The notes under the pieces: generated by a model
Database searches by the model: none
What the model was told of the DNA's origin: nothing
The model's input: the letters and a program-made list of their open reading frames with translations, nothing else
Shown: piece by piece, positions 1-11,514 of the stretch
How positions within the stretch are numbered: the stretch's first letter is position 1
Layout of the letters: every line of letters starts with the position of its first letter
From: Epithemia pelagica
Lineage: Eukaryota > Protista > Bacillariophyta
NCBI GenBank assembly: GCA_946965045.2
Contig: OX337234.1
Span: 2,976,001-3,040,000, forward strand
Direction of reading: 5' to 3'
DNA: 64,000 bases
Program-made: the position numbers and the translations under genes

Positions 1-2
1 CA

Positions 3-2981
3 GTGACAGAGCTGCGCATGTCGGCTGAAAATTTCAAAAAGGAAATATTACATAGGGTTACACATGGTACATTCAACGGTATCACGTGTCCCAAGACAAT
101 GCATGCGCTTGCCTCATTTATGCAAGAAGCGTGCCTGGGGACAAAGCGTGATACGAGTGTGCTATCAAACTTCTTTGACGGTATGGAGTTTTGTGTACCG
201 GCCTGCGCTACCAACACGTGTGCTTTGTACGACTCGTTTTCTCGCCAGAAACTCTTGGTTGTGGATTGGGAACTCTTTTTTCCTGGAGAAGTACTCTTTT
301 GCCCTCTATGCAATGGTAAACTCCATCGGACACGGAGTAATTTCTCCAAAAACAAGTGTCTTTTCCCCCTATTCGGAAGCTCTGGTCCCCCAAGATACGC
401 CATTGTCATGCACTATAGGTGCTCGGCATGTAAAACATGCTTCCAAGGGAATGAAGGACGATTTTTAGCAAAACTCCCACCTTGGATGGCCATGGCATAC
501 CCTGTGGAGCCAAAGTACGCTCGTGGGATGGCACATCTTACTCGAGATGCTACCCACATGCTAGAACACTCTATGCTGACCTACGGCAATGGAGATTATT
601 TTTCTAGAATGATCTACAGTGGTATCAATACAGACTACAAAGACAGACAAACAAGGTACTATTCATTCTGTGCATCCACTGGCCAAAAAAGTGAGGACTA
701 TCCCAAAAAGGATGGCGAGTGGCTGGTCAACTTCCCTCCACAAGGTGACACCATCCGTCAGCTGTATGACGATGCGGCTAGTTCCAATTGGAATTGGTGG
801 GGTCTGTCGGATCATGATAGACACACGAGAGAAATGCAAATGGTGAGATGCGAACGAACATTTGCGAATGATCATACTCACCAGACAGTGAAAAACTATC
901 CCTCAGCCTGTAAGGCAAAGGCCCTGTTTGACGTAGCCAACGAAAAAGGTGAGATCGCCTGTGCTATTCTCGTTGAAAATACCAAAATCCAGGAGGTGAG
1001 CCATGCTGTCGAACAGCTTGCTCGTCGGCCATGGTTTTGTCCGAAGGCCATGTATACTGATACATGGCCTTCTTCCATTGACTTCTGGGTCTTGATTTGG
1101 GGTGACGAGGTGAAGGGTTGCCTCGGCCTGTTTCATTTCCTGCAGAGAATTGTGAAGACTCTGCGACCAAGACACATTGATTATGGGCGAGCACTCCGTG
1201 ATCTCAAAATGGCCCTGTATGAGTATAATGATGAGGATATGAATAATGTCCTTCAAGCGCTGAAAGAAGGAAAAATGTCAAGTAGCAAGAAACAATACAC
1301 TGAGGGTGAGATACAGGATCTGCTCGACACTCCAGAGTTTGGACGAAGGTATGGAAAGTACATACGAAAAATGATCCGCTCGAAAGAAGTCATCATTGCG
1401 AAGCTGGAAGAATTCAAAGTGACCTATAAGGTCACTGCCTCACCAGGCAAGCCATCAGCAAGAGGTCGACGAGATCCGCGGACAAATCAACCTCTATTTA
1501 CGGAGGATACTCATCTCGCGATAGAAAATTGCAAACAAAAGGCAGTGTATTTGTCAGATCCACTACCACTTGAAGACATGTATTTGACAGTTGCAGCCAA
1601 CAAGAATTCACGCCACTCCTTACCTGAATACATTGCAGTCAGAGGGGAATCCAAGTTGGAGAGCTTCCACGACAACCTGGCAAACTTTGCAAATTGTGGA
1701 ATGCGTGAGAGCCTTGCAGACAATCTTAACCTACAGGGAACAGCGCATTACAATCTTACCATTCGATTCAAGCATCGATTGCTTGCAATGACTCTTGATG
1801 AGCGATCTCTTGTTCCAGCCGGATGGGAATGTGTGGTTCCTTATTGGAACCACACTGAACTGCGATTCATCAATGAAATGGCTGTGAGTTCTGGATCGCA
1901 ACAACAATTTCAATGGGTTGAAAACTTACCAGAAGACACTGGTGAACGCTTTTTTTCGGAATACTTGGCACAACAGAGCAGACGGAAATTGGAGATTCCG
2001 AAGCATCCACTCAATGACCGCTGTCAGTGTTGCTTGTGTGCCAAGTCTGTTGTGCGCCTTCCCCATGACAAGTCCTTTCACCCACCACCAGCACCTACTC
2101 TTTCAACACTACCACCAGTCCAAACAGTACAGGGGATGATTGTTAACCCGTACCGAAAGAGGACACCATCAAATAACAGTGATGAAACAAACCGAGACAA
2201 TGAGCATGACAAGAGAGAGGAGAATGAGAAAAATGAGAGTGAGGACGGCAATTCCCCCAAAAGCAGTCCAAACAATCAGAGTGAGGGGTTGTTGTGTGTT
2301 CCGATTGTGGGAAATCCAACAGCAGTCGAATCCGAAAAAGAGCAGCATGTACAGAAAAACCAAAATGCCAGTGAGAAGGAGACGATAACAACAATGGAAT
2401 CTGGTGACAGTGAGCCTCGACAGGAGGAGAGTACTTACATCAAGAATGTGGGTGAGCAAGAACCAAGTGAGACTCGGCCGCTGGTTCCACAAGCACAACA
2501 ACAAGAACAGGCTGGGGAAGCACGTCACCAAGAAAGTAGCACCAGTCAAACAAAGAAGCGAATGAGAGAAGAGAATCAACAAGAACAAGAAAGAGCACAA
2601 CATAGGCGTGAGATTATGCAACAACTAAATAGTGCACGATTCAGCTCTGGTTTTGGAACAGTCAACAAGAACGACAGAATCACCAGCACACCAGCAAGAA
2701 TCACAACCACAAACACAACACATGCACAACAAGAACTTACAACAATGACAACAAGCCAAGCAAGTGGGCCATTGGCTCAAACACTTTTGGCTCTGTCGTT
2801 GCTGATGCCAAATTTAGTTCAACAGCAGCACCATGCCGCGACCACAACTTGGATGCGGCCAACCCCACGAAACCAACGGCAATTCTGTTGTCCGAAGTAT
2901 TTTGAATACTTCGAGAATGGAAAGCGTGGGAGACCTCATCACAACAAAGACTGCCCCAACAAAAATACCAAGAAGCCTTGA
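3..2981 (+). CDS. DDE-type transposase-like protein, copy 1 (Mutator/hAT/P-clade RNase H fold, DUF6729-like; 5' end outside window)
   Basis: 992-aa ORF with CxxC...CxxC zinc motifs (CPLC/CSAC). Candidate catalytic D (ANDHT), D (MYTDTW) and E (KLESFH), a C/DxxH-like GLFHF motif, and a C-terminal CC..GRP.H..DCP motif. Clearly paralogous to 3834-7305. Confidence 0.65.
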   Translation: MTELRMSAENFKKEILHRVTHGTFNGITCPKTMHALASFMQEACLGTKRDTSVLSNFFDGMEFCVPACATNTCALYDSFSRQKLLVVDWELFFPGEVLFCPLCNGKLHRTRSNFSKNKCLFPLFGSSGPPRYAIVMHYRCSACKTCFQGNEGRFLAKLPPWMAMAYPVEPKYARGMAHLTRDATHMLEHSMLTYGNGDYFSRMIYSGINTDYKDRQTRYYSFCASTGQKSEDYPKKDGEWLVNFPPQGDTIRQLYDDAASSNWNWWGLSDHDRHTREMQMVRCERTFANDHTHQTVKNYPSACKAKALFDVANEKGEIACAILVENTKIQEVSHAVEQLARRPWFCPKAMYTDTWPSSIDFWVLIWGDEVKGCLGLFHFLQRIVKTLRPRHIDYGRALRDLKMALYEYNDEDMNNVLQALKEGKMSSSKKQYTEGEIQDLLDTPEFGRRYGKYIRKMIRSKEVIIAKLEEFKVTYKVTASPGKPSARGRRDPRTNQPLFTEDTHLAIENCKQKAVYLSDPLPLEDMYLTVAANKNSRHSLPEYIAVRGESKLESFHDNLANFANCGMRESLADNLNLQGTAHYNLTIRFKHRLLAMTLDERSLVPAGWECVVPYWNHTELRFINEMAVSSGSQQQFQWVENLPEDTGERFFSEYLAQQSRRKLEIPKHPLNDRCQCCLCAKSVVRLPHDKSFHPPPAPTLSTLPPVQTVQGMIVNPYRKRTPSNNSDETNRDNEHDKREENEKNESEDGNSPKSSPNNQSEGLLCVPIVGNPTAVESEKEQHVQKNQNASEKETITTMESGDSEPRQEESTYIKNVGEQEPSETRPLVPQAQQQEQAGEARHQESSTSQTKKRMREENQQEQERAQHRREIMQQLNSARFSSGFGTVNKNDRITSTPARITTTNTTHAQQELTTMTTSQASGPLAQTLLALSLLMPNLVQQQHHAATTTWMRPTPRNQRQFCCPKYFEYFENGKRGRPHHNKDCPNKNTKKP

Positions 2982-3154
2982 CGGATTGTCCATGGCAATG
3001 GCTTGTCCATTTTGCCGTTGCTGGCAGGAAGGAGGATCCAGCCACATCACCGAAATATCATGGCGGATGTGGCTCAAGCACAAAAAGGAAAACCAAGAAA
3101 TCCATCACACCAAACCCATGCACCACACCACAAAGAAGAAAAAGACACAAAACC

Positions 3155-3240
3155 ATTAGGATGAGACGACCCGTATACCTGAAATAAGAAGAACTAAATT
3201 AGGATGAGACGACCCGTATACCTGAAATAAGAAGAACTAA
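3155..3240 (+). repeat. Perfect 43-bp tandem duplication in the 3' region of element 1
   Basis: ATTAGGATGAGACGACCCGTATACCTGAAATAAGAAGAACTAA occurs at 3155-3197 and 3198-3240. Confidence 0.95.
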
Positions 3241-3667
3241 AACATAAGATGAAGAATGAGTTAGAAACATGCCTGTTCAAAAATTATGAGAGCGATCTTT
3301 CGGTAGATTTTTGTGTCAACGATCGACGTACAGAGCACACATGAAGCTTACCATGGACAGACGTCTTGTACGTTTGTCGAGCGTTGACCACTGATGTAAG
3401 CACAGAAATTTCTGAACTAAGACCAAAATCATTTATGGTGATTGAAGGGGAGGTGCCTTCGCCCCTCATGACAGAGAGTTAAACCAGATGCAAGGGTTAG
3501 ACAAGACATGGTAATTCAGCCAATGAGAGTGAAACCGACTAGGATGCAGAAAACGACAGAATCTTACCATTTTGAACGTTGGGAATCTCTTCCTTTTTTC
3601 TTCCTCTCTTTTTTTCCCTCCCCTTTTTCCCTTCTCTCTTCTGCCTTGGGCCCCCCCCCCCATTTTC

Positions 3668-6600
3668 GTGGAAGGGGTGTTAGTTTGCTCAGGCAGCAAT
3701 ATGATTGGATGAGACCATGTCGTTCCACACAAAACACTTAAAGGAAAACTCATAACGACATGTCTTACCATTTCAAAAATCAGTCCCCCCATCGCCCCCC
3801 AAACACGGATTGGCAGCTTGAAAATCTCACCAAGTGAGATTCCAAGTGCCGATCCGGTCGGTCGCGGCCGCCAAGTCTCATCTCGGAAAGACGACAATGA
3901 GACATTGGCCACTTTTCTGGCCATCTCATCTCGTCGATGACGATGACACACCTGTAGAAAACGTAAAAGAAAAGATGGTTAGTAGGTCACACCAAACAAC
4001 ACAATCTTGGGCTGCTCAACAGGCTGCAGCAAGGGCGGCAATGGGCCCCCAATCCCAACGACGAGGGAACATTTACAGTCGCTTGCCAGTGCCACAGGGG
4101 CAGCGACGCTCGGGCAACCAAACCATGACAGGAGTAGTGGAGTTTGAGCCCCACATAGACTGTTATGTCTGCAGGGCTGTCCACAATGGACAAAACAAGC
4201 CACACAGAGCCCACCACATGCTCTGTCCACTCAACAAAACAACAAAGGGCAAGGCAAAGACACAGGAGAAGGGCCAGATCCAACGACTGCTCGACAAAGC
4301 AGCAAAACAACACAAGAAGAACAACAATAGGCCAATGAATGGCACAGAACAACTCACCCCAGGCAATGTCAGTGAGGAGGCACTGGGTGCCTTTTTTTCT
4401 GTTCGCAACAACACGACGAAACAAGTGAAGACAACGGGCAAGCTCACGTTGGAGTCGTTGGCGACGAAGAAAAAGCCAGTAGAAAGGAAGGTTGGGAAAA
4501 CATGTGACAGTCACATACCAACGAGTGCACGCATGTCGGTCGAAAATTTCAAAACAGAAATTCTACATAGGACAAACATGCTGGTTGAGGCGAGTTCGAT
4601 TGCTCCCAAGACCATGCGGGCTCTCGCGTCACTTATTCAGGACACGTGCCTTCGTTCAAAGCGGAGTACAACGGTTCTAGAAGCTTTTTTCGAAGGTATG
4701 GAGTTTTGTGTACCGGCTTGCTCTGGGAACACGTGTCCTTTGTACGACTCGTTTGTGGGACAGAAACTCTATGTAGTAGATTGGGAACTCTTTTTTCCAA
4801 ACCAAGTACTGTTTTGTCCTACATGTGGAGGTAATCTCCAGCGGACGCGGACTAATTTCTCCAAGAACAAGTCGCTTTTCCCCCAATTCGGAATAAATGG
4901 TCCCCCAAGCTACGCGATCGTGATGCACTATAAGTGCTCGGCATGTGGTGCCAATCACCAAGGCAACGAATCGCAATTTCTCGCGAAACTTCCTCCCCAC
5001 ATGGCCATGGCGTACCCAGTCGACCCGAAATACGCGGTCGGCAACTCGCACCTCAAGACTGACGCGACGAGACTCATGGAGCGGCTCATGGTGACTCATG
5101 GGAATGCAATTCTATGTGCAGAATATCTCTATGAATCAATCAACCAGTGCTATATGGACAAAACTATGAGATTCTACTCGGAGCTCCTAGCGACAGACCA
5201 AGCAAGTGACCAACCTTATCCAAAGAAGGATGGCAAATGGCTCGTGTCTTATCCCCCTCAAGCGGACACCCTTCGTCAGATATACGAGCAGGGTGCTTAC
5301 TCAGACTCTGTGTGGTGGGGAGTATCCGATGTTGACCGACACCAGCGAGAAATACAAATGGTGAAGTGTAGATTATCGTTTGCTCAGGACCACACCTGGG
5401 AGGTGGTCAAGAACTACCTTTCCAGTTGCAAGGCAAAGGTCCTGTGGGATGTTTGCACCGAGACAGGCGAGATTGCCTGTCTTGTCTTGGTGCAATCAAC
5501 AAAGCTGCAAGAGATTGCCCATGCAGCAGAGCAATTGTCGCGTCGTATCGGGTTTTCTCCCGTAATTATGTATTCCGATACCTGGCCCCACAAGGATGAC
5601 TTTTGGGAACTGATACTCGGAGCACGGTTGATTGGCAGGTTGGGGTTGTTTCATTTTTTGCAGCGAATTACAAAGACGCTTCGACAGCGTCATTGCGACC
5701 ATGGGCAAGCACTTCGTGATTTGAAGGCTTGCATCTATGAAGAGCACGATGAAGACCTTCAGAAAGTCATCCATGCCCTCAAGACCGGATTGTTGGGAAA
5801 GGAATACACAGAAGAAGAGATTTGTGAGATGAGAGCAACGAAAGTCTTTGCTCAACGATACAACAAATACATACGAAAAAGGATTCGTTCGGCCGAAGTC
5901 ATCAAAGGGAAACTCGACGAATTCAAGGTGAGGTACAAAGTCACCGCCTCAGATGGACAACCAGCTGCTCGTGGCCGTCTTGACCCAAAGTCGGGCCAGA
6001 CTCTCTTCACTCCAGAAACACACGATGCCCTGGTGAATTGCAAAGAGAAGGCTCAGTTTTTGGCCGACCCAAAACCAATCGAAGAGATGTATTGTGAGTT
6101 GCCACCGAATTGCAATGCAAAACATGGTCTCACTGAGTTTCGTGCTTACCGTGGCGAGAGCAAGTTGGAGTCGTTTCACGACAACCTTGCTCATTTTGGG
6201 AACTGTGGGATGCGCGAGTCATTGGCAGATGCACTAAATTTGTGCGGAACTGCCAGGTACAATCGTACCATTTGACACAAGCTCGCTCTGTTGGATATGA
6301 ATCCAACAGAGCGAGCGCAAATCCCAGCTGGATGGGAGTCGGTTGCGCCGTTTGACAACCACTTGCAACTCGAATTTATAAACAAAATGGCAAGGGCAAC
6401 TGGTGTTAGTGGGCCATTCGCCAACGTAGATAGAACAAATCCCAGAGGACAACGGAGAACGATTTTTGTCTACTTACCTCAAGCAACAAATGGAAAGAGA
6501 CAAAACCGTGCCAAAGCATCCGCTCAATGATCGCTGTCAGTGTTCGTTGTGTCAGGGCAATGCCAAGAGATTGCCCCATGACAGCTCCATTCCACCCTTT

Positions 6601-7939
6601 GCTTCGTCAGCTTCCTCCTCGTCTGTTGTTGTGTCTGCTTCATCACCAACCATGGCCGAGATTTATTTGAATCCGTATTTTCCCCAAAGAGGACGGAAAC
6701 AACCCAAGAGCACCGTCCAAATCGAAGAAATATCCGAAGAAATAGACAACAGCATCAGTTGTTGCGGTGATGTAGCACCAGAACAGTCGGTTCCGATTGC
6801 GAAGGACGCAAACAAACGAAAAGCCGGCAACAACACAACAACAGAATCCAACAATCCATCCAAAAAGCAACGCATAGAGCAGCAAACGAATGAGACAGAA
6901 ACTGGTGAGATGGAAGCTACACCAGGAAATGCAACAAGGGAAGTGGTAAGCTTACCTTCTTTGTCACGACAACAGGCCCAGTTGCATACGGCAACACAGC
7001 AGAGCAACACGCAACAAACAAAACAAACAACAAATCACCATGCACCACCAGCACAGCAATGCAATCGTCCACCATTCTTTGGACTCCCTGTTGCCATGGC
7101 CAAGTACTCCAACCTGTTGCCGCCACCACCACTCCATCCAACTTTGTACCCGTGCCATCCGTTCGGCTATCCTCATCGTCCATCGCCACAAACTCAAATC
7201 CAGTTTTGTTGCGTGAAGCACAAAGAATACTACGACAGTGGCAAGAGGGGACGACCACCACACAGCAAAGACTGTCCAAAGCGGAATTTCCGAGGCTTCG
7301 ATTGATCCGGGCTGTCCATTTGTCGAGACGACAGGAAGGAAGATCCAATGGCACACCGAAAGACATGGCGATGCCATCCAGCCATCACAACCAATCCACC
7401 CACCCAAAAACCACCTTCATTACCACCACTGCATACCCCATCATCGCTCCAATTACAAGAACTTAAAACATGAATCGACCAACAACCTGAATACCTGAAT
7501 GACCAAGAACACAACAAGCACGACAAGATAGTTAGTAACAAAAACACGAAAAACAGAATTTATGAGACATCCATATCTTCTCTAGCCACCGTAGCACATG
7601 GAAAGGGCACCCGGAAAGTGACAAGGCTCTTGCGGAATTCGGGTGTCAAGTCAAACCTGTTGAACGACAGACAATTAAAGGTGAGAGGCCAATAAAGACA
7701 GAATGTTGCTACCGGTCTTGTAAGGGGAAAAATGCTTCCACGTACTTACCTGCCTGATCCCCCTCTGAGGACATGAAAGGTGATGTTACGACATGTCACA
7801 ACAATCCTCGAAAATGCGAATGAAACGATCGAACCAGAACGATGGAATCCAGCTGCCAAAACTCTCCCCTTTTTCCTCCCCTTCTTCTTCCTCTCCTCCC
7901 CCTCCCCTTCTCTCTTCTGCCTTGGGCCCCCCCATTTTC
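3668..7939 (+). mobile_element. Putative DNA transposon unit 2; unit 1 is <1-3667
   Basis: Both transposases are followed at a similar distance (~630-690 bp after the stop) by the same block CCCTTCTCTCTTCTGCCTTGGG-C(n)-ATTTTC (3629-3667 and 7905-7939). The boundaries are inferred from this block; no TIR or TSD was found. Confidence 0.5.
3834..7305 (+). pseudogene. DDE-type transposase-like gene, copy 2, disrupted (likely ATG 3975)
   Basis: Three ORF pieces (3834-6275, 6291-6530, 6466-7305) align collinearly with copy 1. TGA at 6273-6275 lies where copy 1 has CGA (Arg). A duplicated TAGA (6427-6434) shifts the frame; removing it restores NVEQIPEDNGERF versus WVENLPEDTGERF in copy 1. Confidence 0.8.
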
Positions 7940-9346
7940 AGCTTCCGACCAACTGCCTTCATCGGCAGCAGTCAACAAAGAAGACGATTCTCGTGGTAGT
8001 GGAGGAGGATGAACCGAGGAGGATGTATGTGTTGTTCCACCTCTACTATTACTTTTACGTTTCCAGCCACTGGGTGTGGTTGTGTTTGTGGTCTCCTGGT
8101 CGTGATCGGTACCCATTTCGTCCCCCAGGGGCAAGCCCACTGGTGTTTCGAGATTGTTGTCTCCTCCTCCTCCTGTAACAGGATTGTTGTTGTTGTTAGG
8201 AAGGGACGGCAAGGAAGACGATTGACCAGGTACCGCCACGGACCGAAGGGAGGTGGAGGTATTCCTTGCGAAACGTGGTTCTTCTTGTTCTGGTTCTTGA
8301 AATAGGGAGGTTTCCAAAGGTGGATGAACGTCGGGGACAAGATTGATAAAGGATCGAATGGCAGACATGGATTGATGCCGATGAGCTGTATGTCGTCCTC
8401 GAACGGATTGATACGGATTTCGCAACAAGGTACTGGTCCAATCCAAGACCGTGTTGCTACTACTGCTGTTGCCGCCACCTCCAAACGTGATACTCGGCCG
8501 TCGACCCGTTCGATTGCTACTACTGCTGGAGGGATTGGTACGAGACGTGGCTCGTCGTCGCAATTGGCGTTGTCCTTGACGTTCTTGGCGTCGTTGCAGT
8601 GAGACAATAATGGAGGAGGAGGAGGGTAAATCGGCGGAGGAGTCTTCCAAACTGCTCGAACTGCTCCAACTGGCATTGGAGGATCGAGGGAGAGCCGATT
8701 CCATGGGTGAATAATCATGATAGTTGGATTCCTTGTAAAAGGATGAGACAGCTCCCGCCAAGGTCGAATAGGTGGCTTCGGCTGCATAATTCAAGGATTC
8801 ATTGGCTTGATTCCAAGGAGCCGAAAACCAGGATGTGTAGGATTGCTGTGGTTGCTGCGCATCAGTCGTCGTTGTTGGAGTGTTTAGGGTATGGCCGTCT
8901 ATCGATAATGGTGTGGACGAATGACTGACACTTGCTGTAGTAGTTGTTGTAGTTGTGCGAGTAGCTACATGAGACGGATTCGGATCGTAGGAGGTGGAAG
9001 GATTAGAAGATGTGGCGGTGTTGGTTGAGGTGGAATCGGCATAGAGTGTATTCAATGAAAACGACGAAGGGGAGAACCAATTTCCAGCTGGGGTTGCCGA
9101 TTCCTGGGACGATGAAGAGGATGGTCCTGTCGTCTGGTGGTGGTTGTAGTTGCCACCGGTGGTAAACATGCCCAACAACGTCGACGATGATGATCCAGTG
9201 GCAGAGTCGACGTAGTCTCTCGCATTTCCTCCAGTTCCAATTCCAGATCCTCCTCCTTCTCTTCCTCCTCCCAACTGATGAGGTGTGTCCCTGCCGCTGC
9301 TGGATCCTGCCGGAGTTGTGTCTTGCGTCCACAGTCGAACCACCAT
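7940..9346 (-). CDS. Ser/Thr-rich hypothetical protein whose 3' end runs into the transposon terminal block (probably interrupted)
   Basis: 516-aa minus-strand ORF (7796-9346) of low complexity. Its last ~48 codons are the reverse complement of the TE block at 7796-7939. Confidence 0.45.
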
Positions 9347-9598
9347 GGTCTGGTCGAGTTCCTATTTCCTATTTTTTGCTCCAGGGAAGAATCCAGACGC
9401 GCTCTCACCTCCTGTATGTGTGATGTCACGGAGTCGCGGATGGCGTCCTGAAGAAGTCCGATCCCTTAATTGACAGCGACTGACATCATCGCATCCGAGT
9501 TGACGTTTCCATCGAATACACCCAAGCGGGTAAAATTAGTATGTGTCTCTAAGGAGTACTTAAGATAAGCGACCTAGGAGCGACTATCTCCATACGGG

Positions 9599-10705
9599 GT
9601 GCGCCGTGCGCCCAACTTTCACCACAAAGTTTCAATCCACCATGGTGGTCTTCCAACAAGTGTTTTGGAACAAGCTCACGAAGAAATGGAACCTAAAAAT
9701 GACAAAAATAACGCTGGTGGCGTCCAACAGGACCTGATCCATGTCCAAGAGGAAGAAGAACCGGAGATGAAGGATCCCTTTGATTGGATCCTTCGATGTC
9801 AACGACGGTCGTTTTCCTCGACACAACAAGACGGTAGTAGTACCACCCCCAGTACAAATGATGCGGATGATCCTCCAATGCGTTTCTTGCTGTGGCACAG
9901 TCCGACTCCCCCAATCCCAATCGCGACCGAACAGGCCTTGTTGGCTGGCAAGCAATTGATTCGATATGGTGCCAAGGAACGAGGCATGATGAAGTCGCAA
10001 CCCGATTGGAGAAAGAACCAAGTTCGTCGCTTGTGTGATCAACATGGTGTATCTGTAGAACTCGCCCTCTCCTTACGACGACATGTCATGAAACAATTCA
10101 ACCCCTACAAGAACATGCCGGCTTTAAGATTGGGGAGGGAAGACGAGATTCTAGAATCTTCCCGTCGGTTTGAAGGAGTGATTCACGAGTTGTTGCAACG
10201 ACAAGATGTTCCCTTTTATTCTGAAGCCGAAATCAAACGTCACATTCAACAACACCGAGGTCAACGACCCTTTCCTCCGACACCCGACTTTGTGTTGCAC
10301 CAGGAAATGGTCATTGAGACCTTTGTGTACAAGAAGAATAAAAATGACCGAGGGAGTCGCAAACGCCAACGGACTCTGAAGAATACTTCTCAAATTCGTA
10401 CAATTCAGCGACGATCTGTTTGTTGGATCGATGCCAAAATGTTTTATGGAGCCTCCACCATTGATCATGACAACAACAGTGCGGTGGGATGTTTGTTGGC
10501 CACAGCGCGCAAATACACTGCCGTCTACGGACCGGGTGCCTTTGTCTTTTTTCATGGCTATGGAGATCAATTGGCCAACGAATTGGATCAAACGGGAACC
10601 ATGGCCTTGGACTGCACCGGAGAGCATGTCCATTGCTTGTTGAAACCGGTTCGTGATCACCAACGAACGTGGTGTGCCGATGCCAAGGGAGACATTTTGC
10701 CATGA
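9599..10705 (+). CDS. CDIN1: TPD-domain / CDAN1-interacting nuclease 1 (C15orf41)-like PD-(D/E)xK protein
   Basis: Motifs PPTPDFVL, WIDAKMFYG and YTAVYGPGAFVFFHGY match the TPD-family pattern (TPD...WIESK...Y..RFGPG.VIYW.G). Confidence 0.7.
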   Translation: MRRAPNFHHKVSIHHGGLPTSVLEQAHEEMEPKNDKNNAGGVQQDLIHVQEEEEPEMKDPFDWILRCQRRSFSSTQQDGSSTTPSTNDADDPPMRFLLWHSPTPPIPIATEQALLAGKQLIRYGAKERGMMKSQPDWRKNQVRRLCDQHGVSVELALSLRRHVMKQFNPYKNMPALRLGREDEILESSRRFEGVIHELLQRQDVPFYSEAEIKRHIQQHRGQRPFPPTPDFVLHQEMVIETFVYKKNKNDRGSRKRQRTLKNTSQIRTIQRRSVCWIDAKMFYGASTIDHDNNSAVGCLLATARKYTAVYGPGAFVFFHGYGDQLANELDQTGTMALDCTGEHVHCLLKPVRDHQRTWCADAKGDILP

Positions 10706-10989
10706 AGAGAGATACCATCTTTAGGATGATACAACAAACACAAGAGAAGCATAATGGCATACGAGAGACTCTCTCTCCCTGTCCCTACTACTTCTCTTTG
10801 GAATAGATGTGTATAGTGTATAGTTGTAGAGTGGCACGCCTTCACAAGTGAGGCCAAGTGCATCCGCCACGGACCCTCCCAACCCGTTTCAACGCTATAC
10901 ACCGGACTCTATAACACCATCGAATGCTTCTGTCCATCTACCTAGTAGAATTGATTGGTAACGTCAGACTACCTTAGCTTCCCTAAATT

Positions 10990-11500
10990 GTTGTCGTAAT
11001 AGCAGAACGATTTCCCAAACCAAATTGTAAACAATGCGATGAATCTAGGCGAAACAAACATTGTCCATATGACAGGGTGACGGGATTCATGATGGAGTTC
11101 ATCTTGTTGTATTTTCGTACCTGTTGAAAAGTCGGATGCAGGATCCATTCCGTTTCCAACAGCTGCATCGTGCAAGACATAAGCGCTCGATCATATGTTC
11201 ACCTCGCGTCAATCGCCACCTGGGCGACTCGGTCACAGAAAGGAAACCCAACACAGTCGACACCAAGCAAGGAATGGCACAAAGTATCACACATTGGTGC
11301 CAATTCCCAAGCTGTCCATCGTTTCCCAGACTCAACCATGCCAAAGCGGGCAGCAATAGAGTCCCGCATGTCCAAACGAATTCCATGTACAACAGATGAC
11401 GTCCACAATGGGAGGTCGGACTAAACTCGGCAAATGTATCGAACGGAACCGTCAGCCCGCCGACTCTTAAGCCCACCAGGAATCGGACAAGTAACAGCGC
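10990..11500 (-). pseudogene. Fragment of an SVOP/SV2-like MFS transporter
   Basis: VRFLVGLRVGGLTVPFDTFAEF...VTESPRW in one frame and NGMDP...IWFGKSFCYY in another. It is frameshifted and lacks both ends. Confidence 0.7.
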
Positions 11501-11514
11501 TGTGAGTCGTAACG

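Noticed and set aside
3-7305. Assignment to KDZ/Zisupton transposases
   Set aside because: The characteristic CRH / YD.AC / DGE..ER motifs are not seen.
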